From Oscillospiraceae bacterium (GTDB lineage: Bacteria > Bacillota > Clostridia > Oscillospirales > Acutalibacteraceae), in contig CADCLS010000002.1 of assembly GCA_902802375.1 (NCBI GenBank), positions 63,210 through 127,209 of the forward strand: 64,000 nt of DNA, read 5' to 3'. Shown piece by piece: positions 1-8,097 of this stretch. Within the stretch, counting starts at the first letter, position 1. Each line of letters begins with the position of its first letter. The notes beneath the pieces were generated by a model that did no database searches, was not told where the DNA came from, and was given only the letters and a program-made list of their open reading frames with translations. The position numbers and the translations under genes were made by a program.

Positions 1-186
1 TCCTGTTCTCGGTATCCATACCATTTCATTACTCTGTGTTTGTGTGACGGTTGTATTAATAGAAGTAGAAGAGGTATCAGTCTTAGCTTTGATTTCATCA
101 TCGAGTATCTTCAAATCATATCCTACAAATGACGCAAGCATTAGTAACGCTAATAATAGTGCAAATAGCATTTTAATAAGTTTCAT
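1..186 (-). CDS. hypothetical secreted protein, N-terminal fragment (gene continues past window start)
   Basis: ATG at 186 with GGAGG 5 nt upstream. Translation MKLIKMLFALLLALLMLASFVGYDLKILDDE... has a signal-peptide-like N-terminus followed by a Thr/Ser-rich stretch. The frame stays open to position 1. Confidence 0.5.
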   Translation of the reverse strand, partial: MKLIKMLFALLLALLMLASFVGYDLKILDDEIKAKTDTSSTSINTTVTQTQSNEMVWIPRTG

Positions 187-287
187 AATTACCTCCACCA
201 TTTAATTTTTATATTGACAGTTTTATTCTACATTCTTATGTGTGTCGAATTTTGTACTTATCGAGTGTAAGCCTTTAATTTTTTGCA

Positions 288-473
288 TAAAAAAGTGCGC
301 CAGCCGAAGCTGACGCACAAAAAACGCATAACTCCAACTGTCGCCAAACAATTATCTCAGTAATTCTCACATTAAGAATGCTGAAATAGAAGTATGCATT
401 TTTATCGGGAGATAAAAAGCATCCTTGTAATGTGAGAAATTTGAGATTTAATTTTTTGAGATAATTATTTGGC
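288..473 (-). ncRNA. candidate structured small RNA, unit A (family not recognised)
   Basis: Begins ~7 nt after the promoter at 480..508 and ends at hairpin GUGCGUCAGC-UUCG-GCUGGCGCAC (318..295) plus a U-run. 5' GCCAAAUAAUUAUCUCA pairs with 3' UGAGAUAAUUGUUUGGC. Inner stem is UUCUCACAUUA/UAAUGUGAGAA and the apical hairpin is UUUUUAUC-UCCC-GAUAAAAA. No ORF is conserved with unit B. Confidence 0.6.
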
Positions 474-479
474 ACACTT

Positions 480-508
480 ATTTTACCATTTAATAATCAA
501 ATAGTCAA
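480..508 (-). promoter_or_regulatory. sigma-A type promoter of RNA unit A
   Basis: Minus strand reads TTGACT (508..503), a 17-nt spacer, then TAAAAT (485..480). Confidence 0.6.
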
Positions 509-513
509 TAAAT

Positions 514-690
514 AAAAAAAGTGCGCCAGCCGAAGCTGACGCACAAAAAACGCATAACTCCAACTGTCGCCAAACAATTACACAATCTATTACAAAGAAC
601 AGAATGTTATAGAGTTTGCGTTTTTATCAAAAGATAAAATCGCAATTCTGTTCTTCAAAAGTATAGTATTAAATTGTGTAATTATTTGGC
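514..690 (-). ncRNA. candidate structured small RNA, unit B (paralogue of unit A)
   Basis: Has the same 5' 12 nt, the same ~65-nt 3' tail and an identical terminator hairpin (544..521) as unit A. Closing stem is GCCAAAUAAUUACACAAU/AUUGUGUAAUUGUUUGGC, inner stem GAAGAACAGAAU/AUUCUGUUCUU, apical hairpin AUUUUAUC-UUUU-GAUAAAA. Confidence 0.6.
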
Positions 691-696
691 ACAGTA

Positions 697-725
697 ATTA
701 TAACATTTATAGTGATTATAGTCAA
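697..725 (-). promoter_or_regulatory. sigma-A type promoter of RNA unit B
   Basis: Minus strand reads TTGACT (725..720), a 17-nt spacer, then TATAAT (702..697). Confidence 0.65.
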
Positions 726-757
726 TAAAAAAACTCCGGTCATAATAGAACCGGAGT
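726..757 (-). terminator. intrinsic terminator after trxB
   Basis: Stem ACTCCGGT/ACCGGAGT (733..740 / 750..757), followed by a U7 run on the minus strand. Confidence 0.7.
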
Positions 758-767
758 TTATCGCAAT

Positions 768-1682
768 TTAACCCTTTATTTCGTTTACATATCTGCAAGC
801 GGCAAGGGCTGATACTGTTCCGTCCGCCGCGGCTGTAGTCACCTGCCGTACCGCTTTACTTCGGCAGTCGCCTGCAACGAATATGCCGGGCGTTTTGGTA
901 GTGCAGGATTCATCGGTATCAAAATATCCGTAAGAATTCAGCTCTGCAAGATTACCAAACGGTTCATTTTCGGGTATGAGACCTATTGCTACAAACATAC
1001 CGTCGGCAAGTATTTGCTTTACATCACCACCGATTTCGGCTTCAACACCTTTGAATTCGCCGTTTTCGGTTATAAGCTTTGTGATTTTAGTGCCTGTATA
1101 CTTAGTTACATTATCTCTTGAGAATAATAGCTTTTGTAAGCTTTCTTCACCCGTGAAATAATCAAGGTCTTGAAGAATTATTACCTGCTTGCATTTATCC
1201 GAAAGCAAAATTGCCTCTTGAAGCGCAGAGTTTCCGCCGCCTGCCATAATTACGGTTTTGTTTTTGTAAAAATCACCGTCACAAACTGCGCAGAAAGAAA
1301 TACCCTCGCCGATAAGCTCTTTTTCGCCGTCTAAACCTAAAAGTCTGTGCTTTACGCCGGTTGCGATGATTACGGATATGCATTCATAAGCGCCGCCTTC
1401 TTCGGTTTTTACGATTTTTTTGTTGCCTTCGATTTCAATGCCTGAAACGGTTTCAAACTCAATATCGGCGCCTTGTTCGAGTATCTGTGACATCATTTTA
1501 TCTGCAAGCTCCGTACCGCTTATGCTCACGGTAGCAGGAAAATTTTCCACCTTTGGAGAATGGGTTATCTGACCGCCAAAGCCGTTTTTTTCAATTACTA
1601 AAACGGTTTTGCCGTTTCTTTTGGCATATAGCGCCGCCGTCATACCGGCAGGACCTCCGCCTACGACAATTATATCATACAT
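768..1682 (-). CDS. trxB: thioredoxin-disulfide reductase family flavoprotein
   Basis: MYDIIVVGGGPAGMTAALYA FAD-binding motif, redox CAVCDG motif, and a second GGGNSA dinucleotide motif. The start was moved to the ATG at 1682, which follows AAGGTGA. Confidence 0.85.
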   Translation of the reverse strand: MYDIIVVGGGPAGMTAALYAKRNGKTVLVIEKNGFGGQITHSPKVENFPATVSISGTELADKMMSQILEQGADIEFETVSGIEIEGNKKIVKTEEGGAYECISVIIATGVKHRLLGLDGEKELIGEGISFCAVCDGDFYKNKTVIMAGGGNSALQEAILLSDKCKQVIILQDLDYFTGEESLQKLLFSRDNVTKYTGTKITKLITENGEFKGVEAEIGGDVKQILADGMFVAIGLIPENEPFGNLAELNSYGYFDTDESCTTKTPGIFVAGDCRSKAVRQVTTAAADGTVSALAACRYVNEIKG

Positions 1683-1739
1683 AACTTTCACCTTACTGAA
1701 CGAGGGCAGAAACCGCAATAAGTTTCTGCCCTCGGTTTT

Positions 1740-4127
1740 TTATTTGCTCATTATATAGCCTTTTATGTCTGAAACGCCACGGTATTTTTCGAAGCCGTCA
1801 GCTGTGTTTACAACGAGCGTCGGAGCTTGCCGTATTCCGTATTGGGCTGAGAGCTCAGGCTCATCTTCTGCATTTATAGCCTGATACTTTATTCCGGCTT
1901 TATCAAGGAGTGCCACAGCCGCTTTGCAGTTAGGGCAGGTAGCGGTTTTGAAAAGCAGAATATCTGCGGTATCTGCGGTCGTAGGTGCGGCGTGTTCTTC
2001 ACAAGCACAAGGGCTTTCGTCGACAGGCGCCGGTTTAGGACCGGTATGAGTTAAATGTGAATTGCCTATATTGTATACCTTACGGTCTTTATACTCTTGT
2101 GCCTTACCGTCATTCCAGTTCTGTATCGGGCGGTAGTAACCGGTGATACGACTGTTTACTTCGGTTTTCTGACCGCATATCGGGCAGGTAAACTGCTCGC
2201 CTGTCAGGTATCCGTGGTCTTTACATACAGAATATGTTGGCGACATTGTGTAATAAGGAAGCTTGTAGTTCTCTGCAATTTTCCTCACGAGATTTGCCGC
2301 CGCTTTCCAGTCAGGCAATTTTTCGCCTAAGAATGCGTGGAAAACGGTGCCCGAGGTGTAAAGGGTTTGTAAATCATCCTGAATATCGAGAGCTGAGAAG
2401 ATGTCCTCCGTATAACCTACCGGCAGGTGTGAAGAATTGGTGTAATAGGGTGTTCCGTTCATATTAGCGGTGATTATATCCGGGAAGTCCTCTTTATCGT
2501 GCTTCGCAAAACGATAGGTTGTAGACTCTGCAGGGGTCGCCTCTAAGTTGTAAAGGTCGCCGTATTTTTCCTGATAGTCTGAAAGGCGCTCTCTCATATG
2601 GTTAAGCACATCACGCGCAAAACGCTGAACACGCTCGTCCGTAAGGTCGGCTTTTAGCCATTTCGCGTTAAGACCTACCTCGTTCATACCTATCAGACCG
2701 ATAGTTGAGAAGTGGTTTGCAAATGTGCCGAGATAACGCTTAGTATAGGGATATAGTCCCTGGTCAAGGAGGGTTGTTATGACCGTACGCTTGGTTTTAA
2801 GACTACGGGCAGATATATCCATAAGGTGGTCAAGACGGGCATAGAAATCCTTTTCATCCGTTGCCTGATAAGCTATACGCGGGAGATTTATCGTTACAAC
2901 GCCTATTGAACCTGTTGACTCACCTGAACCGAAGAAGCCGCCGGATTTTTTACGAAGCTCACGAAGGTCCAGACGAAGTCTGCAGCACATTGAACGGACA
3001 TCGCTCGGCTCCATATCGGAATTTATATAGTTTGAGAAATAAGGGGTGCCGTATTTTGCGGTCATTTCAAAGAGAAGTTTATTGTTCTCAGTCTCGGACC
3101 AATCAAAATCACGGGTAATTGAATAGGTCGGTATCGGGTACTGGAAGCCTCTGCCGTTAGCGTCACCCTCTATCATTATCTGGATGAACGCCTTGTTTAC
3201 CATATCCATTTCTTTTTGGCAGTCGCCATAGGTGAAGTCCATTTCCTTACCGCCGATTATAGCAGGAAGATTTTTAAGGTCGTTTGGAACTACCCAGTCA
3301 AGCGTAATATTCGAGAAAGGTGCCTGAGTACCCCAACGGCTCGGTGTATTTACGCCGTAAACGAATGACTGTATGCACTGCTTAACTTCCTTTTGAGTGA
3401 GGTTATCAACCTTAACAAAGGGAGCAAGATATGTGTCAAATGATGAGAACGCCTGAGCGCCTGCCCACTCGTTTTGCATAATGCCGAGGAAGTTAACCAT
3501 TTGATTGCAAAGGGTTGAAAGGTGATTGGCCGGTGAAGAGGTGATTTTGCCCGGAACACCGCCGAGACCCTCTTGAATTAACTGTTTAAGGCTCCAACCT
3601 GCGCAGTAGCCTGTAAGCATTGAAAGGTCGTGAAGGTGAATATCAGCATTCCTGTGGGCGTTCGCTATTTCCTCATCGTAAACTTCGCTGAGCCAATAGT
3701 TGGCGGTAATAGCGCCCGAATTTGAAAGAATAAGACCGCCTACGGAATAGGTAACAGTCGCATTCTCTTTAACGCGCCAGTCGTTAATCTTAAGATAGTT
3801 ATCAACTATATCCTTGTAATTAAGGAGAGCAGAATTAACATTACGGATTTTTTCTCTCTGCTTACGGTAGAGAATGTAGGCTTTTGCAACATCGGCATAA
3901 CCCGATTCGGAGAGCACTTTTTCTACGCTGTCCTGAATTGCTTCAACCGTAATTTTTCCGTCCTTTATTTTTGACTCGAAATCAGCGGTTACATGAAGAG
4001 CGATTAAATCAATAACGCTCGGATGTGACTGCTTGCCCTGTGCTTCAAATGCTTTGGAAATTGCGGCGCTTATTTTACCTATATTAAAATCGGTAACGCT
4101 GCCGTCTCTTTTAACTACCTGATACAT
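1740..4127 (-). CDS. nrdD: anaerobic ribonucleoside-triphosphate reductase (class III) with C-terminal CxxC redoxin-like extension
   Basis: N-terminal ATP-cone (MYQVVKRDGSVTDF), Cys-rich zinc site CPICG and glycyl-radical motif SRITGYYRP. A linker then leads to ILLFKTATCPNCKAAV..., which looks thioredoxin-fold-like. Start set at the ATG at 4127 after GAAGGGG. Confidence 0.9.
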   Translation of the reverse strand: MYQVVKRDGSVTDFNIGKISAAISKAFEAQGKQSHPSVIDLIALHVTADFESKIKDGKITVEAIQDSVEKVLSESGYADVAKAYILYRKQREKIRNVNSALLNYKDIVDNYLKINDWRVKENATVTYSVGGLILSNSGAITANYWLSEVYDEEIANAHRNADIHLHDLSMLTGYCAGWSLKQLIQEGLGGVPGKITSSPANHLSTLCNQMVNFLGIMQNEWAGAQAFSSFDTYLAPFVKVDNLTQKEVKQCIQSFVYGVNTPSRWGTQAPFSNITLDWVVPNDLKNLPAIIGGKEMDFTYGDCQKEMDMVNKAFIQIMIEGDANGRGFQYPIPTYSITRDFDWSETENNKLLFEMTAKYGTPYFSNYINSDMEPSDVRSMCCRLRLDLRELRKKSGGFFGSGESTGSIGVVTINLPRIAYQATDEKDFYARLDHLMDISARSLKTKRTVITTLLDQGLYPYTKRYLGTFANHFSTIGLIGMNEVGLNAKWLKADLTDERVQRFARDVLNHMRERLSDYQEKYGDLYNLEATPAESTTYRFAKHDKEDFPDIITANMNGTPYYTNSSHLPVGYTEDIFSALDIQDDLQTLYTSGTVFHAFLGEKLPDWKAAANLVRKIAENYKLPYYTMSPTYSVCKDHGYLTGEQFTCPICGQKTEVNSRITGYYRPIQNWNDGKAQEYKDRKVYNIGNSHLTHTGPKPAPVDESPCACEEHAAPTTADTADILLFKTATCPNCKAAVALLDKAGIKYQAINAEDEPELSAQYGIRQAPTLVVNTADGFEKYRGVSDIKGYIMSK

Positions 4128-4171
4128 ATAATATACCCCTTCATTAGATAATCTTATAGCGTGCATTCTGT

Positions 4172-4241
4172 ATTCTATCACGAACACAACATTTTGTCAA
4201 TATATTTAGAAATTTTTTTTATAAACACAATATATAGTTGT
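4172..4241 (-). promoter_or_regulatory. nrdD promoter with two NrdR-box-like palindromes (candidate)
   Basis: Minus strand reads TTGACA (4200..4195), 17 nt, TAGAAT (4177..4172). The palindrome ACAACTATATATTGTGT (4241..4225) resembles the NrdR box. A weaker box, ACAAAATGTTGTGT (4197..4184), lies between -35 and -10. Confidence 0.5.
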
Positions 4242-4934
4242 TTACTCCACTCCGCGAAGCTCGGTGTTCGGTATAAATTCACGGGCGATTTTAAGAAGCT
4301 TGTGCATTTTATCAAAGCTCGGAGAGGTGAGGTTGCCGTAAGGCACGCTGTCCCTATCAGTAAACCTCTGTAAGAAATATCGTTTTGCGCCTTTTATCAT
4401 ATCGCCTATCTTTACAAAGTCGGCTTCCTCGTGCAGTTCATTTACTACCGTTGTTCGGAACTCATAATCGGTATTTCCGTTCATAAGCAAAGAAATACTC
4501 TTTTTTATAACATCCAAGTCTACATTTTCCACACCGCAGGTCATCGCGTATTTTTCAGGCGAGTTTTTTATATCCATAGCCACATATTCCACATAGCCCG
4601 TATCAAGTATCTCTTTAAGATATTCGGGATGATAGCCGTTGGTATCAAGCTTTACTCGGTAGCCGGTGTCGTGTATCCTCTTAATAAGATTTATAAGGTC
4701 TTTGTTCATCAGCGGCTCGCCGCCTGTAATGGCAACACCCTCTAAAAGTCCCTTTCGGCTTTCGAGAAATGCTATAAGCTCGTCCTCATCCATAGTAGGC
4801 TTCAAAGTACCGTCAATAAGCTCAAAGTTATGGCAAAACGGACACCGAAAATCACATCCGCCTAAAAATATCGTGCAGGATACGCAACCCGGGAAATCAA
4901 GCAGCGTCATTTTTTGTATACCGTGTATTTTCAT
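4242..4934 (-). CDS. nrdG: anaerobic ribonucleotide reductase activating protein (radical SAM)
   Basis: CDFRCPFCHN CX3CX2C cluster motif; typical NrdG size; TAGGAGG RBS. Confidence 0.85.
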   Translation of the reverse strand: MKIHGIQKMTLLDFPGCVSCTIFLGGCDFRCPFCHNFELIDGTLKPTMDEDELIAFLESRKGLLEGVAITGGEPLMNKDLINLIKRIHDTGYRVKLDTNGYHPEYLKEILDTGYVEYVAMDIKNSPEKYAMTCGVENVDLDVIKKSISLLMNGNTDYEFRTTVVNELHEEADFVKIGDMIKGAKRYFLQRFTDRDSVPYGNLTSPSFDKMHKLLKIAREFIPNTELRGVE

Positions 4935-4942
4935 AAGTCCTC

Positions 4943-5884
4943 CTATACTGCCGAAAGAATGTGCAGATTTCTTATATAGTCGTCCGAAACTGAGTCATTT
5001 ACGGAATATGCATGCTTTTCAAGGTCGCCGCAAATGGCTTTGGTTAGGTTTTGCTCGGAAAGCTCATCTATAATATCCGCCGCAATACCCTCTATGGCAT
5101 AATATTTTTCTTCGGAGAGCTCGGGCGAATTATCAGTAGTTATAAGATATTCCATAATCTCGGCTTCAATTGAGAGCTTAGGTAAGCTTCTCAGAGCCTT
5201 AAAGCACCATTTGTAGTAAGGCTTGTATACGCGATTAAGTAAGAATATCGCTGAAATTGCGTGATTTACAAACTCATATACTGCAAGCTGTGCCGCCGCT
5301 ACTTCACCACGGTCAACACACCGTTTGTAGTTATACTGCCCGGACTGCGCCATTAAAAGCAGATTACCGGCGAGCTTTTTAAGGCGTATATCTTCGGGAA
5401 AGTATGAAAGATTTTCCCGTATTTTTGTAACCTCGCCGAAGGCATCGAAGAATATCTTGCCGTTTGTAGCCTCTGCGAGCGCCTGCTCAGGCGTGCTTAG
5501 CCAGCCGTTTACTGTGAGTATTCCGTCAGCCGAGCCGACCTTTTCAGTAAAGTACTCACTTGTTCTGAACACGCCGCGCCTTGCACCGCCGACGGGGGAG
5601 AGCATACCTCTTTTTACTCCCTCAAATTCTTTAGGAAGTTTAGAATAAGCTCTCTCAAGCAGAAAAGCTGTGCGTCGGTCTATTATACTTTCGTCAGGCA
5701 GAAAAATACAAAAGCCTGCCTCAAAATCGTGGTCGCGTGAAATACTGTCGTCAAACCCGAAGCACTCCGAGCCCGGTCCTAATATACCGCAGGCAAGTTT
5801 GTCTATTACTCCTGAGAATTCGCTTTCGAGCATAGGTTTCCCGAATTCACGAAAAAACTTTTGGGATAGCTCAATTCCTTTCAT
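4943..5884 (-). CDS. DUF4037-like (nucleotidyltransferase-associated) protein
   Basis: MKGIELSQKFFREFGKPML...GPGSECFGFDDSISRDHDF resembles the DUF4037 proteins of Clostridia as I recall them. Start moved to the ATG at 5884, which overlaps the upstream TPR gene by 14 nt. Confidence 0.55.
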   Translation of the reverse strand: MKGIELSQKFFREFGKPMLESEFSGVIDKLACGILGPGSECFGFDDSISRDHDFEAGFCIFLPDESIIDRRTAFLLERAYSKLPKEFEGVKRGMLSPVGGARRGVFRTSEYFTEKVGSADGILTVNGWLSTPEQALAEATNGKIFFDAFGEVTKIRENLSYFPEDIRLKKLAGNLLLMAQSGQYNYKRCVDRGEVAAAQLAVYEFVNHAISAIFLLNRVYKPYYKWCFKALRSLPKLSIEAEIMEYLITTDNSPELSEEKYYAIEGIAADIIDELSEQNLTKAICGDLEKHAYSVNDSVSDDYIRNLHILSAV

Positions 5885-6707
5885 ATATTTCCTTCGCTTT
5901 CCGTGTAAGTTCTTCCGCCGCGGCAAAATAGCCATAATATGAAAACGACGGTGCACATTTCTCGCACACAAAAGCATAATATCCGTCTTTCGGTACGCTT
6001 TCGGTATTTAGCAGGTCATATGCTTTGTCTAAAAGCTCAAAAGCTTTACCTTCCGCCGCTTCACTGCCCATACTTGCAACAAAAGTATCCGCCATATTAA
6101 GATAAGTAATTGCGCGCTCAAGTTCGCCGTTTTTCACCTTTTCCATACAACTTAAGGCTTTTTCGTAGTATGAAAGAGCCTCACTGTACCTGCCAAGGAA
6201 TGAAAGGGTCAGCGCCATATTGTTGTAAAGACCGCCGAGAAGGTCGTTTTCAGGTTCACTCATAGCTTCAAATGCCGCTTGCGCTTTCAAAAAGGTTTCA
6301 AGCGACTTTTCATTATCCCCGAAAGCGTTATAAGCGGTAGCTATATTTATATATGTAACTCCGGCGCTTCTGTCGCCCTCAAAGCCTAATTCCTTGAGTA
6401 ACTTAAAAGCCTTAGAGGCGTTTTCGTATGCACCCTTACGGTTGCCGGTTTTTCTGAAATGCCCTACAAGCTCATTCCTTATCATAAGCTCGCCTCGGGT
6501 ATCTTTTCCGAGTATTGCTTCGTTTAACCAATATAAAAGATGCCTTTCGGCGCCTGTATAATCGTTTTTGCCCATATATTCGTTCATTTTATCGATTATG
6601 CGCCCCTGCGGCACGCTTTTTACCTCAGGTGTCACGCCGTAAGCCTCCTCGCACAGCAGACATCTCGGCTCGGCATAATCTTCGGGTTTTAAGTAGCTGT
6701 CGTTCAT
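5871..6707 (-). CDS. tetratricopeptide-repeat protein
   Basis: Repeated A/Y/L-rich helical TPR-like units (e.g. ALSYYEKAL, ATAYNAFGD). RBS is GGAGAA. Confidence 0.6.
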   Translation of the reverse strand: MNDSYLKPEDYAEPRCLLCEEAYGVTPEVKSVPQGRIIDKMNEYMGKNDYTGAERHLLYWLNEAILGKDTRGELMIRNELVGHFRKTGNRKGAYENASKAFKLLKELGFEGDRSAGVTYINIATAYNAFGDNEKSLETFLKAQAAFEAMSEPENDLLGGLYNNMALTLSFLGRYSEALSYYEKALSCMEKVKNGELERAITYLNMADTFVASMGSEAAEGKAFELLDKAYDLLNTESVPKDGYYAFVCEKCAPSFSYYGYFAAAEELTRKAKEIYERN

Positions 6708-6823
6708 TTCATTTCTCCATTATATAGTATATAATAATTCTTTTAACACAACAAATTGTATATTCAGCAGAAATATAATAACCCAGATATTATATGCTGT
6801 CAATGACAACTTATTAAAAAAAT

Positions 6824-6858
6824 AAACAAAAAAACCGGGGTTTTTTCTACACCCCGGT
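6824..6858 (-). terminator. intrinsic terminator after lysC (bidirectional shape)
   Basis: Stem ACCGGGGT/ACCCCGGT flanked by an A-run and a T-run. Confidence 0.7.
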
Positions 6859-6872
6859 TTTTGGCTGTTATA

Positions 6873-8081
6873 CTATCCCAAAAATGCTTCGTGAACTGCG
6901 GCAACGGCTTTATCGGTCTGGCTTTTATCTATGAGAACCGAAATTTTAATCTCACTTGATGTTATCATACGGATGTTTACATCGGCGTCAAAAAGTGCCT
7001 CAAACATCTTTGCCGCAACACCCGGATGGCTCTCCATACCGGCACCTACTACGGATACCTTTGCAACATTTTCATCCTTTTTAATGTTTGAATACTGAAA
7101 TATGGATTTGAGCGACTCAATAGACTCTACCGCCGCGTCTGCCTGGTCGTGAGAAACGGTAAAGGATATATCCTTTGTTCCGTCACGCCCTACCGACTGT
7201 ATAATCATATCCACATTAACTTTATATTGTGCAAGCTTATTAAATAGCTTGAACGCAACGCCCGGAAGGTCTTTAAGACCGATAACCGAAATAGTATCAA
7301 CATTTTTATCGCTGGTAACGCCTCTTATTAGCATTTTTTCCATTTTCGTATTCTCCCTTACAATTGTTCCGTCTTTTCTTTCAAGGCTTGAAAGCACTTC
7401 AAGCTCAACACTGTATTTCTTTGCCATTTCAACCGAACGGTTATTTAGTACCTGTGCACCGAGAGTGGCAAGTTCGAGCATTTCGTCGTATGTTATCTCG
7501 TTTAGCTTTTTAGCATTCTTTACTTTCCTCGGGTCGGCGGTATATACGCCGTCAACATCTGTGTATATCTGGCAACGGTTCGCATGCATTGCCGCCGCAA
7601 TGGCTACGGCACTTGTATCCGAGCCGCCGCGGCCGAGAGTGGTCAGGTCGTCATACTTGTTTATGCCTTGGAAACCTGCCACAATTATTATGTTTTTCTT
7701 TGCAAGCTCTGCTTTAATGCGCTCTGTGTTAATGTTCTTTATTCGAGCTATACCGTGGTTTGAATCGGTGTTAAAGCCTGCCTGCCAGCCGAGAAGAGAA
7801 ATCACGGGACATCCGAGCTTTTCTATCGCCATAGCAAGAAGTGCAATAGATATTTGCTCGCCTGCGGTAAGCAACATATCCATTTCTCTCTTTGAAATAC
7901 TTCCGCCGTTTATTTCTTTAGCTTTTTCTATCAAATCGTCGGTTGTATCGCCTTGGGCAGATACAACCGTTATAACCTCGTTACCCTTTTTATAATCATC
8001 AACGATTATCTGCGCCACATTGAAAATACGCTCTGTGTTTGCAACAGATGAACCGCCGAATTTCTTAACTATAAGTGACAT
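6873..8081 (-). CDS. lysC: aspartate kinase
   Basis: MSLIVKKFGGSSV N-terminal kinase motif and C-terminal ACT repeats; 402 aa. Confidence 0.9.
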   Translation of the reverse strand: MSLIVKKFGGSSVANTERIFNVAQIIVDDYKKGNEVITVVSAQGDTTDDLIEKAKEINGGSISKREMDMLLTAGEQISIALLAMAIEKLGCPVISLLGWQAGFNTDSNHGIARIKNINTERIKAELAKKNIIIVAGFQGINKYDDLTTLGRGGSDTSAVAIAAAMHANRCQIYTDVDGVYTADPRKVKNAKKLNEITYDEMLELATLGAQVLNNRSVEMAKKYSVELEVLSSLERKDGTIVRENTKMEKMLIRGVTSDKNVDTISVIGLKDLPGVAFKLFNKLAQYKVNVDMIIQSVGRDGTKDISFTVSHDQADAAVESIESLKSIFQYSNIKKDENVAKVSVVGAGMESHPGVAAKMFEALFDADVNIRMITSSEIKISVLIDKSQTDKAVAAVHEAFLG

Positions 8082-8097
8082 TTTTATTTACCCCCTG

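Noticed and set aside
258-329. Short ORF starting at the conserved GGAGUUAUG in the RNA 3' tail (MRFLCVSFGWRT...), considered as a possible type I toxin
   Set aside because: The SD-to-AUG spacing is only 2 nt. The ORF runs through the terminator stem. The C-termini differ between the two units (23 vs 16 codons).
275-475. 66-aa minus-strand ORF from the ORF track, covering RNA unit A
   Set aside because: It has no RBS and reads through the terminator hairpin. The paralogous unit B does not preserve the frame. The region is better explained as a structured RNA.
1701-1734. 13-bp hairpin CGAGGGCAGAAAC/GTTTCTGCCCTCG between nrdD and trxB
   Set aside because: The T-run lies on the plus strand, where there is no gene. 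On the coding (minus) strand no U-tract follows, so I do not call it a terminator. It may only be a stabilising or attenuating intercistronic hairpin.
7249-7995. 248-aa plus-strand ORF
   Set aside because: It is entirely antisense to the well-supported aspartate kinase gene, has low-complexity Ser/Phe/Ile-rich translation and no RBS.
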